DNA of 63,944 nt, counting the filler, from Octopus bimaculoides (taxonomy: Eukaryota): the NCBI RefSeq assembly GCF_001194135.2. It is 7 parts of 7 records of this genome, joined end to end, with 100 filler letters (N's around TTAATTAATTAA, not from the genome) between each part and the next. Parts side by side here need not be neighbours in the genome. Positions count along the whole stretch, not along the records: positions 55,096 to 62,687 come from NW_026388470.1; positions 62,788 to 63,944 come from NW_026383231.1; 5 more parts are not named here. The stretch is one strand, 5' to 3'. Under the pieces are notes generated by a model, which searched no databases, was not told where the DNA came from, and saw nothing but the letters and a program-made list of their open reading frames with translations. Both the position numbers and the translations under genes were made by a program. Positions 55,410 through 63,944 of this stretch are shown here, in pieces (positions within the stretch are counted from its first letter, which is position 1; the number at the start of each line of letters is the position of its first letter).

Positions 55410-56245
55410 AAGTGGTATGGCTGTGGGGTAAAAAGCTCACTTCTAAACCAAATAGTTTCAGGTTCAGTCCCACTGCATGGTACCTTGGGCAAGTATCTTC
55501 AAATAAAGCCTAAGCATGGCCAAAATCAGAGGCTGTAAAAAAAGTCAAAAATTATTCACTCTTTCACTATAACATATCTTTATTATTGTCACAATGCCTT
55601 CTGTGGTACTATCATGGTCATGTCATGTGTGTGTGTGTGTGTTAGTGCGTTTGTTCACCCCTCACCGCTTAACAACCAGTGTTGGTTTGTTTATGTCCCA
55701 GTAACTTGGTGGTTTTGGCAAAGAGACTGATAGAATAAGTACCAGACTGTTGAGTCTTTTAATCATAAAGTTAAGACAATTAATCATAAAGCTAAGACAA
55801 TTAATCATAAGACCTCTAATCATAAAGTTAAGACCTCTGGTCTAAAAGCTAAGACAATCATAAATTAAGACCCCTAATCATAAAGTTAAGACCTCTAATC
55901 ATAAAGTTAAGATCTCTAATCTAAAGTGAAGACTTCTAAGCATAAAGCTAAGGTCTCTGATCAAAAAGCTAAGACAATTAATCATAAGTTAAGACCTCTA
56001 ATCATAAAGTTAAGGCCTCTGATCATAAAGCTAAAACTTCTGATAATAATGTTAAATCCAGTAAGCATGAAGTTAAGACAACTAACCATCCACCTAAGAC
56101 CACTGGTCATTGCATTCAGCAAAAGGGACCAAGAGGCTAAGCAAATGGCCTGAATTCAAATACCTAAGAACTGGAGTCAATTTGTCCAACTAAAACTCTT
56201 CAAGGCAATGCTTCAGCATGACCAGAGTTCAGTGAGTGAAACAAG
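55410..56245 (+). mobile_element. SINE family A copy interrupted by an approximately 420-bp insertion
   Basis: The SINE breaks after gatagaataagtaccag (about 55745) and resumes at aagaactggagtcaatttg (about 56167). Confidence 0.8.
55761..56140 (+). repeat. 21-bp minisatellite (aatcataaagttaagacctct) with coding-like heptapeptide pattern
   Basis: More than 15 degenerate units read NHKVKTS / DHKAKTS etc., with frameshifts. Confidence 0.85.
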
Positions 56246-56798
56246 TTGAAAAAGTAAAAAGTAAAATGTGCTCTTCTTTGTTATTGATGTTGTATAACAC
56301 CAGGTCAGACTTGTGTGAGCATGCCTATGATCAATAGGCATTCCGGCCGTGACCATCTTGCCTTTCATTCATATTTAGGATTATACTATCAAATGTGTCC
56401 TTCCCGTTTTGTAGGTGGCACAGTGTGACATGAGTGAGATTGAACTATCATTTCTAATCATTTGAATGACTCTTTTATAAAACTTTTTCAAAGTTGTTGT
56501 TGATGTTTAACCCTGGGTCAGTTCTGATCATAAACAGAAGTATGATAAATAGCTCTCCAGCTATGACCATCCACCACAAGTTTTTAACTGTATCTTAGTC
56601 CACACAATCCTATCTATCCTTCCATTTCTAAAAGATATTAAGTGTGATTTTAGGCAGATTTTGTTGCTGTTTCTAGCTGGTCAAGACCCACAATATTGGG
56701 TCATTTAGTTGCTGCTGTTGTTGTTGTTGTTGTTGTTGTTGTTGTATGTTATTTTTTCCTTTTCGATCAAAAAATATCTGCCTCTATTTCTCTGACAG

Positions 56799-56873
56799 TC
56801 AAGAATGAAAGCCACAACTTCCATCATGAACGCCAACCACATTCTATTGCTGTTCTGTGTTCTTTGCCTGCAG
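56799..56873 (+). CDS. First coding exon (ATG 56805) of a secreted or type I membrane protein; signal peptide MKATTSIMNANHILLLFCVLCLQ
   Basis: Polypyrimidine acceptor (cctctatttctctgacag|), ATG 6 nt later, 23 codons ending in a hydrophobic stretch, strong donor CAG|GTAGGT, phase 0. The acceptor implies an upstream UTR exon that was not located. Confidence 0.8.
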
Positions 56874-56911
56874 GTAGGTGCATTTTCTGTCTTTCTCAGT
56901 TTCCTTGATCA

Positions 56912-56952
<41 letters not shown>

Positions 56953-57027
56953 CAATTAAAACTCTTCAAGGTGGTGCTCCAGCATGGCCAGAGACTAATG
57001 ACTGAAACAAACAAAAGGTAAAAAATA

Positions 57028-57345
57028 TAGGGTGCGATGGACAAATTGTCACCATTTTATATTTTTAATTTCACACATGCGCATTGTTTGTTTTTGATTT
57101 TGTTGACTACACAGTATAGTAGGGTCAGTTGGGCACCGTCTGTAAGCAAAACAGCACCATGATGCAATTCACTCTGCCAGAAATTTGGAAACGGCATTCT
57201 GTACTGCTTGCCATTTGCACCGGAAGTTCCAATACGAACATTTGAGAGTTTTGGGGTGTCAATCTGAGAACATGTACCGAGAGTGATAAAAATCAAACAT
57301 CCAGTCAACATCATGGTGTTTGGAGTGATCACTAGTGATGACGAC
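57028..57345 (+). mobile_element. 5' part of a second copy of the same maT deletion derivative
   Basis: Colinear with about 32540-32850, including the same internal junction caatctgag(g/a)acatgtac(t/c)gagagtgataaaa. Confidence 0.85.
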
Positions 57346-57464
57346 TCAAAGCGCATTGTGACCAGCGATGTGTAACAACATCTGATAGTCTGGTTGGTCA
57401 GGTGACTAGATTTGAATGCTAGATATAACCATATTCATTCACACCCAGAGACACATACGCGCAT

Positions 57465-57510
<46 letters not shown>

Positions 57511-57970
57511 ACAAACATCATCATCATCATCATCATCATTATCATCATCTTCATCATCATCATCATCATCATTATCATCATCTTCATCATCATCATCATC
57601 ATCATCGTCACCATCACGTCATTGTCAGGCAATTAATTGAGGTAAATTTTCTCCAGATGCATACCTTTCCTGTCACAAACACTTATCTTTTTCCAAGCAA
57701 AAATGATATTGCCCCATGGCCTGGCATGTTTGGATTGCAGATTGGAATCAAACAACACTGCTTGTGTGATGGTGACACTCATTTACAACAACTGCAAATA
57801 TGTGTGTGTGAGTGTGTGTGTATGTCAGGTATGCATGTATGTATATATACATGCATGTATGCATATATGTATACACACACACATAAATATATGAGTGTAT
57901 ATGTATGCATGTATGTATATTCCTGTGTGTGTCTGTGTCTGGGTACATGTGTGTGTGTGTGTGTAATTGA

Positions 57971-58016
<46 letters not shown>

Positions 58017-58144
58017 TGTGTGTGCGAGTATGTATATGTATATATATTTCTCTGTGTGTGTGTATGCATGTATATATTATGTGTGTATACATATGAGTAT
58101 GTATACATGGTCATCATCATTGTTTAATGTACACTTTCCATGCT

Positions 58145-58183
<39 letters not shown>

Positions 58184-58904
58184 NNNNNNNNNNNNNNNNN
58201 NNNNNNNNNNNNNNNNNNNNNNNNNNNNNNNNNNNNNNNNNNNNNNNNNNNNNNNNNNNNNNNNNNNNNNNNNNNNNNNNNNNNNNNNNNNNNNNNNNNN
58301 NNNNNNNNNNNNNNNNNNNNNNNNNNNNNNNNNNNNNNNNNNNNNNNNNNNNNNNNNNNNNNNNNNNNNNNNNNNNNNNNNNNNNNNNNNNNNNNNNNNN
58401 NNNNNNNNNNNNNNNNNNNNNNNNNNNNNNNNNNNNNNNNNNNNNNNNNNNNNNNNNNNNNNNNNNNNNNNNNNNNNNNNNNNNNNNNNNNNNNNNNNNN
58501 NNNNNNNNNNNNNNNNNNNNNNNNNNNNNNNNNNNNNNNNNNNNNNNNNNNNNNNNNNNNNNNNNNNNNNNNNNNNNNNNNNNNNNNNNNNNNNNNNNNN
58601 NNNNNNNNNNNNNNNNNNNNNNNNNNNNNNNNNNNNNNNNNNNNNNNNNNNNNNNNNNNNNNNNNNNNNNNNNNNNNNNNNNNNNNNNNNNNNNNNNNNN
58701 NNNNNNNNNNNNNNNNNNNNNNNNNNNNNNNNNNNNNNNNNNNNNNNNNNNNNNNNNNNNNNNNNNNNNNNNNNNNNNNNNNNNNNNNNNNNNNNNNNNN
58801 NNNNNNNNNNNNNNNNNNNNNNNNNNNNNNNNNNNNNNNNNNNNNNNNNNNNNNNNNNNNNNNNNTATATATACATATACATACATATATATACATATAC
58901 TATA

Positions 58905-59110
58905 TTTAAAAACAGCAGAAATATAACAAAAGACTGTTACTCTGAGTTTCACGTTCCCGTTCATCGGACAGTTGAACGGAAACGTGAAACTCAGAGTAAC
59001 AGTCTCTTGTTATATTTCTGCTGCTTTTAAATAAAGCATATTACTCTACCTCTGGTATTTGAGTACTCTTTTTTCCACCTTGTTGCACATTTCATGTGCT
59101 TACTCCGGTA
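58905..59110. mobile_element. Palindromic hammerhead-bearing element, copy C (intronic)
   Basis: Same arm sequence as copies A and B; ends gtgcttactccggta(TA)n; lies between the two coding exons. Confidence 0.75.
58933..58972 (-). ncRNA. Minimal type I hammerhead ribozyme-like motif (CCGAUGA core), copy C left arm; the best-preserved copy
   Basis: Minus strand 40 nt: ACUGU-CCGAUGA-ACG GGAA CGU-GAAA-CUCAGA-GUA-ACAGU, with a 5-bp stem I, 3-bp stem II and ACUC-A-GAGU stem III. Confidence 0.7.
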
Positions 59111-59237
59111 TATATGCATATATATATATATCATGTAAGTTATTGGTTTCTGTGCCTGTCACTCCCTTTTAGCATCCCTTTTCAAGTCATCCCTTATTTA
59201 TCTCTTTATTTATTTATTTATTTCTCTTTCAATTTAG

Positions 59238-59322
59238 ATCATTACACCAACATCCAGTTGTCCTGCTGGTCAGTTGAAGCATGGTAACAAATGCTGTAGA
59301 CCAGTTTTTCATTGTCCAGCAG
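59238..59322 (+). CDS. Second coding exon of the same gene: IITPTSSCPAGQLKHGNKCCRPVFHCPA(G), a Cys-rich TNFR-CRD1-like segment
   Basis: Acceptor tttctctttcaatttag|, donor CAG|GTAATA, 85 nt, phase 0 start matching the previous exon. The C-x10-CC-x5-CPAG pattern resembles the first cysteine-rich domain of TNF receptors; the family call is inference (about 0.5). Confidence 0.8.
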
Positions 59323-59688
59323 GTAATAATTCNNNNNNNNNNTCATTACACCAACATCCAGTTGTCCTGCTGGTCAGTTGAAGCATGGTAACAAATGCTG
59401 TAGACCAGTTTTTCATTGTCCAGCAGGTAATAATTCTCAATCAATACATACATTCATTCATATATTTACTCTTTTACTCTTTTCAGTCATTTCACTGCGG
59501 CCATGCTGGAGCACTGCCTTGAAAGGTTTACGTCGAATTAATCAGCCCCAGGACTCATTTTTTAAGCCTAGTATTATTATGTCAGTCTCTTTTGCTAAAC
59601 CATTAAGTGACAGGGATGTAAACAAACCAACACCGATTGTCAAACAGGGATGATGGAGGGACAAACACAGACACAAAGACACATGCGT

Positions 59689-59728
<40 letters not shown>

Positions 59729-60724
59729 ACACACAAGTAAGCACATAAAGGCAAAACAAGGTGGTGAATATAGTCCCCAAAAACCCTAAGTAGAATAATA
59801 TGCTTTTACTAAACCTTTAAAATTTTGAAGCTTTATGTATGTATGTATACATGTGTTTGTTTGTGTGTGTGTGTATATATATNNNNNNNNNNNNNNNNNN
59901 NNNNNNNNNNNNNNNNNNNNNNNNNNNNNNNNNNNNNNNNNNNNNNNNNNNNNNNNNNNNNNNNNNNNNNNNNNNNNNNNNNNNNNNNNNNNNNNNNNNN
60001 NNNNNNNNNNNNNNNNNNNNNNNNNNNNNNNNNNNNNNNNNNNNNNNNNNNNNNNNNNNNNNNNNNNNNNNNNNNNNNNNNNNNNNNNNNNNNNNNNNNN
60101 NNNNNNNNNNNNNNNNNNNNNNNNNNNNNNNNNNNNNNNNNNNNNNNNNNNNNNNNNNNNNNNNNNNNNNNNNNNNNNNNNNNNNNNNNNNNNNNNNNNN
60201 NNNNNNNNNNNNNNNNNNNNNNNNNNNNNNNNNNNNNNNNNNNNNNNNNNNNNNNNNNNNNNNNNNNNNNNNNNNNNNNNNNNNNNNNNNNNNNNNNNNN
60301 NNNNNNNNNNNNNNNNNNNNNNNNNNNNNNNNNNNNNNNNNNNNNNNNNNNNNNNNNNNNNNNNNNNNNNNNNNNNNNNNNNNNNNNNNNNNNNNNNNNN
60401 NNNNNNNNNNNNNNNNNNNNNNNNNNNNNNNNNNNNNNNNNNNNNNNNNNNNNNNNNNNNNNNNNNNNNNNNNNNNNNNNNNNNNNNNNNNNNNNNNNNN
60501 NNNNNNNNNNNNNNNNNNNNNNNNNNNNNNNNNNNNNNNNNNNNNNNNNNNNNNNNNNNNNNNNNNNNNNNNNNNNNNNNNNNNNNNNNNNNNNNNNNNN
60601 NNNNNNNNNNNNNNNNNNNNNNNNNNNNNNNNNNNNNNNNNNNNNNNNNNNNNNNNNNNNNNNNNNNNNNNNNNNATATATATATGCATACATATATACA
60701 TATATACATATATGCACATATACA

Positions 60725-61355
60725 TATATATCATCATCATCATCACCATCATCATTGTTATTGTTTAACATTCATTTTCCATGCTAGCATGGGTTGGACA
60801 GTTTGACTGGGGGTCTGGGAAGCCAAGAGGCTGCACCAGGCTCTAATCTGATCTGGCAGAGTTTCTACAGCTGGATGCCCTTCCTAACGCCAACCACTCC
60901 AAGAGTGTAGTGGGTGCTTCTACATGCCACCAGTCAGGTGGGTCTAGCATTGATTCAACGTTCGGATATTGCTTTTTATGTGCCACCGGCATGGAAGCCA
61001 GAGGATATCGGTATCAACCATGTTCAGATGGTGCTTTTTTTATGTGCCACTGGCACGGGAGCTAGTCAAGCGGGCCTGGCATCGATCACATTCGGATAGT
61101 GCTTTTTACATGCCACCGGCATGAGAACCCGTCAAGGGACACTGGCCAGTTATGGTTTTGGTTTTATTTGACTCAACAGGCCTTCTCAAGCATATCATAT
61201 CGCCCGACACCTCAAGGGTACTCTTAATTGGGCTGGACATGCAACACTGGCATTGTCCATGGCTGTAATCTCACTTTAGTTGCCAGGTCTTCTCAATCAC
61301 AGCATATCTCCAAAGGTCTCGGTCCCCTGTCATTGCCTCTGTGAGGCCCAATGTT
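60725..61355 (-). mobile_element. RTE LINE 3' end with long 3' UTR and (GAT)n tail
   Basis: Minus strand LRTLGLTEAMTGDRDLWRYAVIEKT, then UTR ending ..atggaaaatgaatgttaaac+(gat)n. Shorter copies lie at about 9100-9370, 16785-16995, 17225-17465, 18055-18248, 57600-57790 and 62121-62195. Confidence 0.75.
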
Positions 61356-61484
61356 CGAAGGTCAAGCATTTTAAAAACGCGTTTAAAATTATGACAATAT
61401 TTACCTACTATTTTTGTATGCATATACATATATATATATATATATAGATAGATAGATAGATTAGATATAGGCAGATAGATAGGC

Positions 61485-61529
<45 letters not shown>

Positions 61530-63139
61530 TGTCATCATCATCATCATCNNNNNNNNNNNNNNNNNNNNNNNNNNNNNNNNNNNNNNNNNNNNNNNNNNNN
61601 NNNNNNNNNNNNNNNNNNNNNNNNNNNNNNNNNNNNNNNNNNNNNNNNNNNNNNNNNNNNNNNNNNNNNNNNNNNNNNNNNNNNNNNNNNNNNNNNNNNN
61701 NNNNNNNNNNNNNNNNNNNNNNNNNNNNNNNNNNNNNNNNNNNNNNNNNNNNNNNNNNNNNNNNNNNNNNNNNNNNNNNNNNNNNNNNNNNNNNNNNNNN
61801 NNNNNNNNNNNNNNNNNNNNNNNNNNNNNNNNNNNNNNNNNNNNNNNNNNNNNNNNNNNNNNNNNNNNNNNNNNNNNNNNNNNNNNNNNNNNNNNNNNNN
61901 NNNNNNNNNNNNNNNNNNNNNNNNNNNNNNNNNNNNNNNNNNNNNNNNNNNNNNNNNNNNNNNNNNNNNNNNNNNNNNNNNNNNNNNNNNNNNNNNNNNN
62001 NNNNNNNNNNNNNNNNNNNNNNNNNNNNNNNNNNNNNNNNNNNNNNNNNNNNNNNNNNNNNNNNNNNNNNNNNNNNNNNNNNNNNNNNNNNNNNNNNNNN
62101 NNNNNNNNNNNNNNNNNNNNTCACCAGTCCTCAGTCAAATCGTCCAACCCATGCTAGCATGGAAAATGGACGTTAAACGATGATGATGATGATGATACAT
62201 ATATGAAAGGAGGTTCCCCGACTTTAGCCCACTCACCGCCAGTTCTTGGGAATCTGTGAAAGAGCTTGACCAGAACATACACAATTGTAGTCAGAAAGAC
62301 ACACATCCAAACATGCAAACATACACCTAAAAGACCCTTTTCTACCCTACCACCCCAATTTAAGCCCCCACATACACACACACACCAGGCCTTCATAAAT
62401 GCTCCAAAGTATTTAACTAAAACATAAACGAAAATGACACACAAACAGTCACATAGATGCTTATGCAGCCATTGGGCCCACCCAACTGCAAAAATGCTAA
62501 CAAAAATGTCTTCTGATTAGTATTGTATTCCAGGTAATCCAAAGTCGAAAGGCAAAGCTAAAGTCCATCACCAGTCAAATTTGTAAATCCATGGTCGCAT
62601 TACCCAATTTACTGATTGATACATAAAATAGACAAAAATTACGGGTTACATACATTTATTTATTCATTATGGGCTTACAGCTATTTCNNNNNNNNNNNNN
62701 NNNNNNNNNNNNNNNNNNNNNNNNNNNNNNNTTAATTAATTAANNNNNNNNNNNNNNNNNNNNNNNNNNNNNNNNNNNNNNNNNNNNAAAATATATACAT
62801 GAAAAACAAAAACAAAAACAAAAAAAAGCATCTGCAGTATATACATTCTTATTAAAATTTCTTAATAAATTTGAATATGGAAATTGCTACTGAAACATAA
62901 AATAGTTGTATAAAATAAATTTTCATGAATGCAAGTTCTTATTAAATATACATTATAAATAGCAATCTCTGGTATATGTGTATATATGTATATGAATCCA
63001 GAATAGAAGTTCTTATTAAATGTATCTTCTTCACCCAGCCTGTCAAAAAAAAAAAAATTCTCACAAACCAATAAAGGAAGCCCTTAGGTAAATGCTCAAT
63101 CTGCTGGAAAGAACAACTAAGTTTCCATCAAATTGCACC

Positions 63140-63944
63140 GCACACAACATACATTACATGTCACAACATATAATACATGCAATGTACAACACATAAGACA
63201 TGATGTACATTACACATCACATACAACATACAAGAGACAATGCCACATACAGCATACATATATGCAGACACCATACATCATATATTACACACTAAATGCA
63301 GCATACTTTACAAGCCTTACATAACAGACTTCTCATGCCTTCCACAGCATATATTACATATCAGACACAATGCACATATTAGGCCTCACATCATACACAA
63401 CATACATTCCACACTATACATCACATAACATACACTACGCACCACATAAATTACACATTATACACATACACAACATATAATACATAGCACACAAAACATA
63501 CATTACACACACACACAACATACATTACACAAAATGTACATGTATTGCACTATACACAAAACATCCATTACACAACACACAACATACATTACACACAGCA
63601 CAAAAGATACATTACACAATACATCATACANNNNNNNNNNACATACATTACACACAGCACAAAAGATACATTACACAATACATCATACATTACCCAGCAT
63701 GTGCAACAAACATTACACATCACACACAACATACATTACACACCATTTCATACATTACCCAGCATGTGNNNNNNNNNNNNNNNNNNNNACACCACACACA
63801 GCATACATTACACACCACACACAACATACATTACACACCACACACATTACACACCACATACATTACACACCGCACACAACATACATTACACACTGCACAC
63901 AACATACATTACACACCGCACACAACATACATTACACACCGCAC
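63140..63944. repeat. Degenerate AC-rich minisatellite (unit about acacaacatacattacacacc)
   Basis: Increasingly regular units towards the end of the window. Confidence 0.85.

Noticed and set aside
59343-59436. Apparent tandem duplication of the Cys-rich exon
   Set aside because: Identical sequence on both sides of a 10-N gap, i.e. a contig-overlap artefact. The same pattern occurs at 11946-12035, 18758-19439 and 63560-63690.
60913-61121. CRISPR-like repeat-spacer appearance
   Set aside because: Eukaryotic context, homologous spacers, degenerate repeats and no cas genes; it lies in a LINE 3' UTR.
57967-62176. Long ORFs of 200-320 aa in the ORF track
   Set aside because: They consist almost entirely of X from N-gaps plus TA/CA microsatellite translations.

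Overview
This is an AT-rich, repeat-dense metazoan genomic window with many N-gaps. The SINE families and microsatellite load suggest a coleoid cephalopod (octopus); that assignment is pattern recognition, not a search result. Six artificial 100-bp joins (44 N + TTAATTAATTAA + 44 N) split it into seven segments whose adjacency is not proven. Most of the sequence is microsatellites, tRNA-derived SINEs and decayed transposons: Penelope-like elements (one near full length), RTE, CR1, Tx1/L1 and R4/Dong LINEs, Tc1/mariner/maT elements, a hAT MITE and a Helitron. The only well-supported host gene is the 5' end of a plus-strand gene, with a signal-peptide exon (56799-56873) and a Cys-rich, TNFR-CRD-like exon (59238-59322). 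The most notable observation is a palindromic element present three times (33.5, 43.8 and 58.9 kb). Each arm carries a minimal type I hammerhead-ribozyme fold with a non-canonical CCGA(U/C)GA core, and most differences between copies fall at structure-tolerant positions. Most ORFs in the supplied track are microsatellite or N-gap artefacts.
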